Program-made: the position numbers and the translations under genes
Part shown: positions 35,901-44,019 of the stretch, one piece after another
How positions within the stretch are numbered: the stretch's first letter is position 1
Layout of the letters: each line of letters opens with the position of its first letter
Origin: an uncultured Candidatus Saccharibacteria bacterium
GTDB lineage: Bacteria; Patescibacteriota; Minisyncoccia; Phycocordibacterales; UBA918
DNA: 58,322 nucleotides
NCBI GenBank assembly: GCA_964601615.1
Contig: CAZRNZ010000001.1
Coordinates: forward strand, 251,968 to 310,289
Reading direction: 5' to 3'
Notes under the pieces: generated by a model
What the model was told of the DNA's origin: nothing
Database searches by the model: none
Seen by the model: the letters and a program-made list of their open reading frames with translations, nothing else

Positions 35901-38389
35901 ATTGCACTGATTGTTGCCGCAGTTCCTCCTGAAGGAATATTTTCATTTATCGTCAGCGTACTTCCTCCATTGAGACGAATATCGGTTGGTGGAACATTAT
36001 TATCATCATTCACCAATATTACAAACACATCCTCACTTTCGACTGCACTATAGGTACTATCGGAACTACCTGTGTTTACTGATACAACAATGGTTGTTGT
36101 ATGGTCAATATTTTGAATAGCATCATCAACACCAGTTACTGTAACGGTTTGTGGTGTATCCCAGTTTGCGGTTGTGAATGTGAGTGTTGCTGGAGAAACA
36201 GTTGCTTCAGCGGTGTCATTTGAAACGATATTCAATACCACGTCAGTCAGTGGTTGCGAGTTTAACACTGCTGTAAAAGTCCCCGTGCCAGCATTTTCCC
36301 CTACTGATAACTCTGATTTAGAAAGAGTAATCCCCGCAACATCGTCATCGATAATTGAGACGTCAATTTCGATATTACTTGCTGTCAGATATTCTTCTGC
36401 AGAATCAAGTCCGACGGCGATAGTTACCATCGCACTATCATCTCGCACATAGTTATCATCAACTGCTGCGATAATGACTCTTTGCTTCACGTTCCAGTTT
36501 GCGGGCGTGAATGTAATCGATGAAGTAGAAACAGTTACTTCATTTGTATCAGAAGAAGTAAACGTGATGGTTACATCATCTGTTGGTTGTGTACTGAGAG
36601 AAATATCAAGAGGTGCCGTACCAATGTCTTCAAAAAGCACAACATCATCAAGCGAACCACCATTTACATCAAGCACGAGTTCCGCAACATCATCCTCGAT
36701 GATACGGACAGCAACCTGCTTACTCTTTGAGCTGAAGCGCGTATCGCTCGCCACTACTCCCGTACTCACCGTCACAGTAGTCTGCGTTGTCTGCACAATA
36801 CCATCATCAACACCGGTCACCGTCACAAATTGCGGTGTCTCCCAGTTTGAATAGTTGAATGTCAGTGTTGCAGGAGAAACTGTTACTTCCCCCGTATGTG
36901 CAGAAGCAACATTCACTGTTACGGCTGTACCAGAGTTTGGTTGTGAAGACAGTCGTACTTCAAATGTTTGCGTCCCTCCGTTTTCATCAACATCAAGAGA
37001 TGTTTCTGATACTTCAATTCCTCCGTTTGGAACTTTTGCGAGCGTAAAGTATGTGCTGTCACTAAGCGCAATTGCTGATGTCGTAATTCCGCTTGCATTC
37101 AAAGGCCCCATATCTTGAGTACCAGAAGTGAAATCGCCATCATCATCAAGAATCAAACGCCATTGTGCGTTATATCCAGTAAATCGTAGATATGCACTCT
37201 GCGTAAATCCTGGAGTCTTCTGTACCTTCCATGCACGAGCAAGTCTCTCAGTACTTCCTGACGGCAAGTTTACCGGACTCGAGGCAAGTACTCCTCCATT
37301 GTTTGAGAACGACATAAAATTCATGTCCGTAACAGGATTCGCTCTTGAAGTGTTTGATGTAGTGAAATCGTTAGTAAGCGACACTGTCAAAATATCCCCC
37401 GTATCAGTCGAACGAGAAATTCTATTTGAAAACTTCGATTCCTCATCTCGGCCCAAACCAAATATATCCCTATTATATGCTCCAGCCTTTGTGTGGCTCC
37501 ACATAATTGTTCCATCCGATGCGGTGTAGTTTTGGGGTGTTGACTGATCAAGGTGTATACCATGTTTGAATGCAAGATATGAGTTTACCTTATTCGCTTC
37601 GGCAGCATTAAGATATCGATTGAAGACAATGATATCTGCAATCCCACCAGTAAGATAGGTGTTGTAGACACCTGATTGTGTGGTTCGCTTTGCACCAACC
37701 ACATATCCACTCGCAGGAATATTTGGAATAAAGTTTCCGTTATTATTTGATCGGTACGTTTGACCAGCAAGCGGTTCTCCGTTTACTGCATACTTATAGT
37801 CATTGAGCTCATCTGTCGCCAAGTTTTGTACCTGCCCAATGACATACCTCCCTGCAAGTGCAGGATTGTCTCGTCGAATATAGGTAACATACGAATCACT
37901 TGTGCCTGAGATGGTGTTACCTATACCACCAGTGGCACTATTGATTGTCCAGAGTAGGTTTGCCCTATTACCAGATACGGTACCTCCCGTGTACAACACA
38001 CCTCCATTTCCTTTACCAACGAAAAAGACTGAACGCGGACCAGGACCAGTAAACCCAGATGATGTTATACGCATCATTCTATCGTTTCCATCATTTGAGA
38101 ATACTCCAGCATGATAGTTTACATAGTTTTCAGCATAGGTGAGCCTATTACTATCACCATCTTTTGTTAGATGGTTAGTTCCAGCCAACTCATTCCAATT
38201 ATTAATAAGACCTCCTGAGTGTGTAATACCATACGAAGGAGTAAGCCATAAAACGTTCCCACTTGAAACACCGCCAGGGGCGGCAGAAACAGAAACAGCG
38301 CTAGTTAAATAAAATAAAAAAGATATAACTAAAAATAGTATTAAGAATATTTTTCTAAACACTATATTTCCAAAAGAAAAAACGCTCAT
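32675..38389 (-). CDS. Giant (1904 aa) secreted surface protein: LamG-like, 3 Calx-beta-like, cadherin-like and 9 Ig-like repeats, then a linker and a C-terminal peptidoglycan-binding domain
   Basis: It has a signal peptide (AVSVSAAPGG). The N-terminal region is concanavalin/LamG-like. There are three units with LTF..ANW.TPQ.VTVTGVDD. A cadherin-like unit follows (ISAIDPD....FAISG..L.....DYD...Y.I...V.D..GN......ITI.EVDD). Eight SGTCE.GATV units plus one degenerate unit come next. The tail is about 80% identical to that of the next giant protein. Confidence 0.9.
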   Translation of the reverse strand: MSVFSFGNIVFRKIFLILFLVISFLFYLTSAVSVSAAPGGVSSGNVLWLTPSYGITHSGGLINNWNELAGTNHLTKDGDSNRLTYAENYVNYHAGVFSNDGNDRMMRITSSGFTGPGPRSVFFVGKGNGGVLYTGGTVSGNRANLLWTINSATGGIGNTISGTSDSYVTYIRRDNPALAGRYVIGQVQNLATDELNDYKYAVNGEPLAGQTYRSNNNGNFIPNIPASGYVVGAKRTTQSGVYNTYLTGGIADIIVFNRYLNAAEANKVNSYLAFKHGIHLDQSTPQNYTASDGTIMWSHTKAGAYNRDIFGLGRDEESKFSNRISRSTDTGDILTVSLTNDFTTSNTSRANPVTDMNFMSFSNNGGVLASSPVNLPSGSTERLARAWKVQKTPGFTQSAYLRFTGYNAQWRLILDDDGDFTSGTQDMGPLNASGITTSAIALSDSTYFTLAKVPNGGIEVSETSLDVDENGGTQTFEVRLSSQPNSGTAVTVNVASAHTGEVTVSPATLTFNYSNWETPQFVTVTGVDDGIVQTTQTTVTVSTGVVASDTRFSSKSKQVAVRIIEDDVAELVLDVNGGSLDDVVLFEDIGTAPLDISLSTQPTDDVTITFTSSDTNEVTVSTSSITFTPANWNVKQRVIIAAVDDNYVRDDSAMVTIAVGLDSAEEYLTASNIEIDVSIIDDDVAGITLSKSELSVGENAGTGTFTAVLNSQPLTDVVLNIVSNDTAEATVSPATLTFTTANWDTPQTVTVTGVDDAIQNIDHTTTIVVSVNTGSSDSTYSAVESEDVFVILVNDDNNVPPTDIRLNGGSTLTINENIPSGGTAATISAIDPDYGDSHTFTLGCAVPGADDSSFAISGTNLNVNTAIDYDMKNSYDICIKVEDGAGNEFEKNFTITINEVDDIPPDEPVVSAPTSGATVGNPTTFSGTCEIGATVRIAHADIDGSPAEVTCVDDGSGNGTYSIDVLWSESAESGSKTVVVTQEDAAGNVSEPTNVTVTLDVDNPAAPDVTGPIEGSEVPNPTIVSGTCEVGATVSISNSNLDPNPTTVVCDENGEYTTPVTWEDDSDGNQTLTITQIDAVGNESAPTTIDVIVNTTIPDAPMITAPTADADVTNPTTISGTCEPNAIVKITHPDLVTNPTTTICNGSSEYEVPVSWNADTDGEKTLSITQTNIAGNESPATTLNITLDTVAPNVPTIESPSGSALVSSPTTISGTCEAGATISITGTGIDPDPTTGSCDNDGNYSVEVTWSGSTEDGSQTLYVAQIDAAGNESYSTTLQVDLDASAPDAPEVSSPTSAAAVQSPTTISGTCEVGATVRIAHADLATNPTEVICGNDGTYTASVTWTGADGNKNLSIVQIDGAGNHSTTTTLLLTLDTTAPVAPVIQSANAQMVSGTCEAGSTIYVAHSDLSPNPTIATCDNDGEYSISLTWTGADGDKTLSITQEDAAGNISAASTETVILDTTAPDAPSVGSSTTETVSGTCEVGATVTLTHADIEGSPLTFTCADGTYEFDIDWVDDVEDGMKEVEVTQTDPDGNTSPATQVNILIDTVAPVAPVVGGPAEGAEVSNPTTVSGTCEPGATISISNPNIVPNPTTTVCGGNGTYSTPVVWDENATDGNQTLVITQTDPSGNESVETELDIVLDTTAPTAPTVTTPTNGNPVTGTGEPGATVEVRTSNGSVCTTVVQNDGTYSCTLSPRPTNGATITVTQTDVAGNQSTATVVSGGIVVQSSGLSGGSSGSRPSSSAVSPEVRLSNTNELSVIEFIRQNRNIFSLAHNSNISLPKFILDVLNLPENTNFTVVLSNVQLGLCPAYTFTRELRFGSEGEDVRALQRFLNCAGFSLGTSGPGASGEETQYFVDRTRAAVIRFQEAYAADILTPLNLTLGTGIFSVYSRTKAHSLMAN
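33225..35680 (-). repeat. Nine in-frame tandem coding repeats (about 210-290 bp each) encoding Ig-like modules
   Basis: Eight units contain SGTCE(V/A/P)GATV...NPT...C..(D/N)G.Y......W......G...L.ITQ.D.AGN.S, plus one degenerate unit (TGTGEPGATVEV). Confidence 0.8.
36050..37030 (-). repeat. Three in-frame tandem repeats (about 330 bp) encoding Calx-beta-like modules
   Basis: The recurring pattern is G(T/A)..F.V.L.SQP...V......S.DT.E.TVS...LTFT.ANW..PQ.VTVTGVDD. Confidence 0.7.
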
Positions 38390-38500
38390 AAGACACTAAT
38401 ACGAAACTATTAATAGTCCTCGAGCGACTCTATATTTTTTTATTATATACCTTAAATATTTTTATTTTAAAAAAAATATTATTTATGGGGACAACTAACA

Positions 38501-38538
38501 TAAAACAGCGCCGCCCTTCGGGCGGCGCTGTTTTATTT
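38501..38538. terminator. Intrinsic terminator separating the 1150-aa and 1904-aa giant genes
   Basis: The sequence is aaaa-cagcgccgccc-ttc-gggcggcgctg-ttttatttt, with an 11-bp GC-rich stem. Confidence 0.85.
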
Positions 38539-38563
38539 TCTTTTACAAAGTCGAACCTTGTAA

Positions 38564-38848
38564 TTAACGAGCCATCAAACTATGAGCTTTCATGCGTGAG
38601 TAACTAGAGAAAATACCAGTACCTGAAGTCAGTCCAATCGGTGACAAAATATCAGCAGAGTATGCCTCTTGGAACTTAATTACTGAATCACGAGTACGCT
38701 CTACAAAATACTGAGTCTCCTCTCCACTTGCACCAGGACCAGAAGTAGCTAGAGAGAAACCAGAACAGTTAAGGAATCTTTGTAGCGCACGCACATCTTC
38801 TCCTTCATCACCAAACTGCAGGTCACGAGTGAATGTGTATGCAGCACA
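38564..38848 (-). repeat. Dispersed repeat copy B: shared C-terminal peptidoglycan-binding tail module
   Basis: See copy A. Both copies are in direct orientation, 5.9 kb apart. Confidence 0.85.
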
Positions 38849-41800
38849 TAGTCCTGGAGTCGCAGCCTTGCTATCAAGACCAAGTAGGACTAGTAAAGCT
38901 GAAGGTAGAGTAATTCCAGCATTATGAGCCTGAACAAATAGACTACGATATTGATTGATAAAGTCTGAAGCTGAGGTTGCAGAATTTACAGCAACAGGTG
39001 CAGAAGTGTTTCCGCTTGGACGACTACCTGAAGAACCGCCACTTCTTCCAGAACCTCCGCCGTTATTATTACCGCCGTTGTTGTTCCCATTTCCACCTAC
39101 AGGGTTAAGTGTTGTTGCTGGGTGATTATCTTGTCCGGCACCCTGCCAAAGAATCACAGAATTGTGCGTAAGGCCATCAGCAAACGGGCGATCAGAACCA
39201 GCATCTGCATAACCATTGTTGTTGGTATCGCGGATATCAAACACTGTCCATGCACCATCACCATTCGCGAACCTGTACAAGTTACCTACCGTTCCCTGAT
39301 TGAAGGATATATTTGAGGTAGTGCCTTCATTTACTTCCACCCACACATCGCCCATAAGTTCATTCTCAACGAAAAGTACGTTGTTGGTATTTTTGATTAC
39401 AAGAACAGGTTCTTCTTCTGAGCTAAATGTATTTCCTTGAATGGTAATGTCATTTGAATCATCAATTTCAATTCCATTATCTACAGAAGAAACTGTGTTA
39501 CCAGTAATAGTACCTCCATTAAGATATTCAATTTCTATACCACGATCACCAATGTTTGAAAGCTCATTATCAATGATAGTAATGTTTGCGCTTGGAATAT
39601 TTTCATCAAGAACATTATCATAGACATCTGTGACATCAATACCATCACTTTCTGCACCATCGATACTGTTATTTGAAACAGTAGCGTTTGAAACACCGGC
39701 TAGATAGATTGCATCACCAATTATATTAGATAGTTTATTACCTTGTACCGTAATAGTATTTGATGAATAAAAAACAATACCATCAGAATCAGTATTCACT
39801 ATTTCATTATCTTCAATAGTTGCATTTTGCACATTAAATCCCATGACTGCATCTTCAGCAGTAATTGTAGTATCTCGCACAACAACAGTATCACCACCTA
39901 AGAACACCACACCTGAAGAATATCCTGAGATAGTAATGTTTTTTATTTCAATATTACTGTATGTATTATTATCATATCCGACAACAACAGCCGCTCCATT
40001 ATTATCATTTGCAACATCTTCAGAGATAGTGAATCCATTTCCATCAATCACTACATTATTTGCCTCAATTTCAATACAGTTATCATCCACATTTGAATCT
40101 TGATCAATATCATTCATCAAGGTGTAGTATCCTGACCAACTTGCAACAAAACATTCAGTAACTTCATACGGATTAGCTTCAGTTCCATTACCTGGGAACG
40201 GTGCTTGCGGTGCCGTAATTACAATAGGTGCAACACTTGCCGGAACATCAACTGCTGTCACGGTTCCTTCGCCATCATCATTACTTGTGCGCAACTGCAC
40301 AAATGGATAGGTTCCTGCCGCTGGATTGGTGATATCCTCAAAGGTCACCGTAATACGATCACCTGCGTTTACAGTTTCAGAAACACCAACCGTTCTTTTC
40401 TCATTATTGTCTCCGCCGCCACCCATATGAGTCACCGTTGCTGGTACGCCATTTATGGTCACGTCTGGGAGCATGCCATCAACTATAAATTCTGCCGGGA
40501 AATCAACTTCTAGAAGATTATCTGGATTTGGTGTAGAAACAACATACTCAAAAGTGTATGTAACACCTGTTGCGTGCTCTATATAACTTGAAGCTGTATA
40601 ACTAAGATAAAACATTGTTCCTCCAACAAGAGGTGCCACCTCTACATCAAAAGTAGAACGCTTTACTGCAGGCTTGTTGTTTATATCGTTCATTCCAAAC
40701 TCAACGACGTATTTTGGAAGTTTTGCCTCACAAGGAAGATCATTCCATTTTCCTTCTGCACCCGCTACCGAGAATCGTATCTGTGCACAATTTTCTCCAC
40801 CTGGATAATTTTCGTTACTGGTATTATTTGGTTCATTCGCACTCCCCACCTTATTCCAGTTTGCATACTGCCCAGGAACAATAGAACCATCCCGTCCACC
40901 AGTCCAGAATTTTGTCCCCGCTTCAGGTCCTGTTACCCAGAACCACTCTCCCTCACCACTCCCGGTGTAACCTCCAGTAACGTCAGTATCATCACTTGCT
41001 CCAAACCATCCATCCTCATCAATACGTGCACGGACAAAGTTGTGCTCGTCTTCATCAACAATAGTAGCGAGATATCCGCTGAGTTCACTTGTTTCTCCCG
41101 GGAATTTGTATACTTGTGCTGCCGCTCTCGCCTCAGTCCATGTAATACCATCACCACCCACAGTTACTACCTTATATACATGACCGTTTGAGTGGCGGTA
41201 CACACTCCCATCTGCCTCATCAATAAGCGCTTCAACTTCATAAGTACCACCTATATATGGTGCAGTGTAGGTAAGTGTCTCAAGTGCATTGTTGATAGCA
41301 CCGATTGTTCCGCGGAACTTAAGATTGTTTCCTTCATCATCTCCATTAAAAGTAAGACCTACGCTATTACCAAATGAAAGAGTTCCAATAACTACATAAA
41401 GTGTCATATCAATAACATCATTTGAGTTACCACCGACTACTTCAAGATCTGTAATTGCAACGGTTTCACCTGCGTCCACAGATTTGCTTGATGGATTAGT
41501 TAAATCAATTGGATCTGATAGGTCACATGCAGCAGTACTGAATGTCATATCGTTTCCATGAACCATGCCATCTTCACTACTATTTGGAACAAAAACCGCC
41601 AACGCACGATAATGGTACGTTGTACCGCAGATTAGATTTTCGATATGGTGACTGTAAGGATCAGTCACCATCTCTGCTTCTGGCAAATTACCTACATAGG
41701 TAGATACACCGTATGAGGTGTCGGTTCCATACTCAAACCCTTTCCCATAAAAACCAAACTCACTTGTCGTATTAGCGTTAAGAGTCGCAGTTGTCTGCGT

Positions 41801-42016
41801 CACATCTATTGCTGCAAGTGTTGTAATCAATTCAGAAAACGTTGAAGCCTCTACTACCCCTGTTTGTGGCACAAAAGGCACAATGTTTGCAAACGGCGTA
41901 AACACCAATGCAAACACAGTAACAAGTGCAGCAACTTTGCTAATAAACTTATAAGTTGAGTAATGTAATTTTTGTGAGTTCATAAAATTGTTATTAAAAT
42001 AAAATTCCTTACTCAT
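38564..42016 (-). CDS. Giant (1150 aa) secreted surface protein: FN3-like region, canonical C-type lectin domain, right-handed parallel beta-helix repeats, linker and C-terminal peptidoglycan-binding domain
   Basis: It has an N-terminal anchor. The CTLD reads WTEARAAAQ....GYLATI.DEDEHNFV....WFGASD....GEWFWV.....W....EPNN....ENCAQI......KWNDLPC. PbH1-like repeats follow (NITISG...GVVF, ..IEDNEI.., ..VSNNSI..). The tail is paralogous to the 32675..32959 region. Confidence 0.9.
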   Translation of the reverse strand: MSKEFYFNNNFMNSQKLHYSTYKFISKVAALVTVFALVFTPFANIVPFVPQTGVVEASTFSELITTLAAIDVTQTTATLNANTTSEFGFYGKGFEYGTDTSYGVSTYVGNLPEAEMVTDPYSHHIENLICGTTYHYRALAVFVPNSSEDGMVHGNDMTFSTAACDLSDPIDLTNPSSKSVDAGETVAITDLEVVGGNSNDVIDMTLYVVIGTLSFGNSVGLTFNGDDEGNNLKFRGTIGAINNALETLTYTAPYIGGTYEVEALIDEADGSVYRHSNGHVYKVVTVGGDGITWTEARAAAQVYKFPGETSELSGYLATIVDEDEHNFVRARIDEDGWFGASDDTDVTGGYTGSGEGEWFWVTGPEAGTKFWTGGRDGSIVPGQYANWNKVGSANEPNNTSNENYPGGENCAQIRFSVAGAEGKWNDLPCEAKLPKYVVEFGMNDINNKPAVKRSTFDVEVAPLVGGTMFYLSYTASSYIEHATGVTYTFEYVVSTPNPDNLLEVDFPAEFIVDGMLPDVTINGVPATVTHMGGGGDNNEKRTVGVSETVNAGDRITVTFEDITNPAAGTYPFVQLRTSNDDGEGTVTAVDVPASVAPIVITAPQAPFPGNGTEANPYEVTECFVASWSGYYTLMNDIDQDSNVDDNCIEIEANNVVIDGNGFTISEDVANDNNGAAVVVGYDNNTYSNIEIKNITISGYSSGVVFLGGDTVVVRDTTITAEDAVMGFNVQNATIEDNEIVNTDSDGIVFYSSNTITVQGNKLSNIIGDAIYLAGVSNATVSNNSIDGAESDGIDVTDVYDNVLDENIPSANITIIDNELSNIGDRGIEIEYLNGGTITGNTVSSVDNGIEIDDSNDITIQGNTFSSEEEPVLVIKNTNNVLFVENELMGDVWVEVNEGTTSNISFNQGTVGNLYRFANGDGAWTVFDIRDTNNNGYADAGSDRPFADGLTHNSVILWQGAGQDNHPATTLNPVGGNGNNNGGNNNGGGSGRSGGSSGSRPSGNTSAPVAVNSATSASDFINQYRSLFVQAHNAGITLPSALLVLLGLDSKAATPGLCAAYTFTRDLQFGDEGEDVRALQRFLNCSGFSLATSGPGASGEETQYFVERTRDSVIKFQEAYSADILSPIGLTSGTGIFSSYSRMKAHSLMAR

Positions 42017-42075
42017 ATTGTAAAAAACTTCACAAATATCAAGAACCTCACCATGTAATGGAGTTAATATATTAA

Positions 42076-42115
42076 TTGTGAATTAATTAACAAAAATAGG
42101 CACTTCTGCTACACT
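42076..42115 (+). promoter_or_regulatory. crp-like gene 2 promoter (TTAACA-N17-TACACT) overlapping the Crp-box-like palindrome TTGTGAATTAATTAACAA
   Basis: The palindrome is at 42076-42093 (TGTGA-N6-TAACA, one mismatch from perfect symmetry). The -35 is at 42087-42092 and the -10 at 42110-42115. The ATG at 42123 implies an essentially leaderless mRNA. Confidence 0.5.
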
Positions 42116-42122
42116 TATCCAC

Positions 42123-42785
42123 ATGTCTGACTTCTTTACGCCTAAACTAGCCTTAAATGACTTCTTTTATGAAAACGGTGAACTGGTGAACTATCCTGTG
42201 GGTCACTTTGTTATCCACCAAAAAGACGAATACGGCTACATGTCTCTTGTTATTAAGGGTGCCATACGAGCAACATGCTCTTTTGATGAAGATTTGGAGC
42301 GTACTGTAGCCTACATCATCCCCAATACTATTATTGGTCAACCAGGTGCTAACTATGGTTTCAAAGATGGTAGATTAAACTTCGTAGCTGAGACTCCCAT
42401 AACAGTAAGGAGGGTGAAGAAGGAGTTATTCATGAAGCGCATCAAAGAAAACGCTCATTTTACGAGCGACTATGTCGATGTATTACAGCGTAATCAAATA
42501 GTTCTACTTAATCGTGTTGCCGCCCTAAGCGCTAAGGGAGTAGATGCCCAGTGTGCTCACCTATTAAATTTTATGCGTCTTTACTATGGAGTACGCAAAG
42601 GAAATACCTGTGAAATAGTTGTGCCACTAACCCAAACTTCGATTGCTGAAATGATCTTTGCTACTCGCGAGAGTGTAAATAGTTCTATTAAAAACCTGAT
42701 AGTCGAGAAAATAATAAAGTCAGAAAAAAAGAAAATTACTATTCTAAATATCAAGAAATTAGAACAGCTATCTAAGCGACTTTAG
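42123..42785 (+). CDS. Crp/FNR-family transcriptional regulator, paralog 2 (220 aa)
   Basis: It has the same architecture and length as 31957..32619, with the HTH LTQTSIAEMIFATRESVNSSIKNLIVEKIIKS. It is divergent from the 1150-aa lectin gene. Confidence 0.8.
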   Translation: MSDFFTPKLALNDFFYENGELVNYPVGHFVIHQKDEYGYMSLVIKGAIRATCSFDEDLERTVAYIIPNTIIGQPGANYGFKDGRLNFVAETPITVRRVKKELFMKRIKENAHFTSDYVDVLQRNQIVLLNRVAALSAKGVDAQCAHLLNFMRLYYGVRKGNTCEIVVPLTQTSIAEMIFATRESVNSSIKNLIVEKIIKSEKKKITILNIKKLEQLSKRL

Positions 42786-44007
42786 TCTCACTACTTTTCA
42801 CAAAACGCAAAGCGATGAATGCTCCTAGGACAAAGATTGTCATAGTCAAAAGTGCTAAGCGATAACGGTCATCTCCATAAGAAATCATTCCCGTAGCTAC
42901 CAGACCCCAAACCAAAGGACCAAGCAATGACGAAGCTCTTTCTATTAAGCCAAAAAAGCCAAAAGCTAGATTGCGACTACCTTCTGGAGCAATGTATGAA
43001 AATATTGAACGAGACAGTGTCCAACTAGCCCCAAACCAAAATCCCATCAGAGTAGTAGCTGTCATAAATATAGAGAAGTTTTGTACCAATGCTAGTGTTG
43101 GCAAAATAATCAGCCACCCTCCAACTATATAAGTGAAGGTCTTTTTGTGACCTATCTTATCGGCTATAAAACCAGATAATATCGAACCAATTGCAGCAGT
43201 CACAAATATACCAAGCAAAATTCCTGTCTTTACCAAATCTTCTACACGCCAAACGTTTTCCAGAAAAATAGAAAAGTTATTTGAAGCAGTTAAAATTGCA
43301 TCGTAGAAAAGAAAATGAGCCAATAAAAACAAAGCTACTCCTGGGGTCAAAAATAATAACTTGGCTTCTTTTAATAAGTTTTGTACTTCAGATTTAAATT
43401 GAAAAACTTTCTGCTCTTTCTTTGGCTCAAAGAAAAACAGTAACATCGGCAACGCAAATATGGCGAAAGTAACTATCGCTGGAAATAAAGTTTCCACCCT
43501 AGGAGAAGATCCGAACAAAGACAAGGTACCCATAGCAAAAGGTAACGTGAGTAAAAGCACGGCAATTTGTCCAGAAAAATTAGCTAAAAATCCCCAACCA
43601 GAAACTTTCCCTCGATTAGAAACGGAGGTGATATCCACCAAAAGTGGCGTATAGAAAGTAAATGTCAGCAGAAAACTATAGAATCCAAGACAAAATAAAG
43701 TCAGAGCTAAAATACCATTTCCATATATAGCTGCAGAAGCAGTGGCTAGATAAAAAATAATCATCGCTGATGTGGCGATGCGTAAACCGGATATTCTTCT
43801 AAAACGTGTATCGAGCAGAAAACCAACTACTGGAACAGTTAGTAAAAGTAGAAAGGCTGCCGCCACAAAAGCCAAATTAAAAGACAAATCAGAAATCCTC
43901 TGCTCTACCACAATCCATTGCGCGAAATATAAAGAGAAAGCTATCTGAGTAAAAGAGTTAGCAAAGTCATACAGTGCCCAGAGAAAAATATTTAATTTTG
44001 TGTTCAT
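42772..44007 (-). CDS. MFS transporter, UMF1 (Atg22-like) family
   Basis: It has 12 TM segments, and the N-terminus WALYDFANSFTQIAFSLYF is characteristic of UMF1-family MFS proteins. Confidence 0.8.
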   Translation of the reverse strand: MNTKLNIFLWALYDFANSFTQIAFSLYFAQWIVVEQRISDLSFNLAFVAAAFLLLLTVPVVGFLLDTRFRRISGLRIATSAMIIFYLATASAAIYGNGILALTLFCLGFYSFLLTFTFYTPLLVDITSVSNRGKVSGWGFLANFSGQIAVLLLTLPFAMGTLSLFGSSPRVETLFPAIVTFAIFALPMLLFFFEPKKEQKVFQFKSEVQNLLKEAKLLFLTPGVALFLLAHFLFYDAILTASNNFSIFLENVWRVEDLVKTGILLGIFVTAAIGSILSGFIADKIGHKKTFTYIVGGWLIILPTLALVQNFSIFMTATTLMGFWFGASWTLSRSIFSYIAPEGSRNLAFGFFGLIERASSLLGPLVWGLVATGMISYGDDRYRLALLTMTIFVLGAFIALRFVKSSETKVA

Positions 44008-44019
44008 TTGTGGTTTTGA

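Noticed and set aside
33579-37529. There are many plus-strand ORFs of 60-133 aa (e.g. 33579..33800, 34880..35275, 36474..36854, 37128..37529) antisense to the 1904-aa gene. Similar ones lie opposite the 867-aa and 1150-aa genes.
   Set aside because: They lie entirely inside long, domain-rich minus-strand genes of elevated GC and repetitive composition, which keeps alternative frames open. Their translations are low-complexity, Cys- or Ser-rich, without recognisable motifs or start signals.
40695-41170. The C-type lectin domain as a diversity-generating retroelement (DGR) target, since DGRs are common in CPR genomes.
   Set aside because: There is no reverse transcriptase gene and no template-repeat/variable-repeat pair with adenine-specific mismatches in the window. 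The domain is internal and of the canonical EPN/WND type, not a C-terminal CLec variable region.
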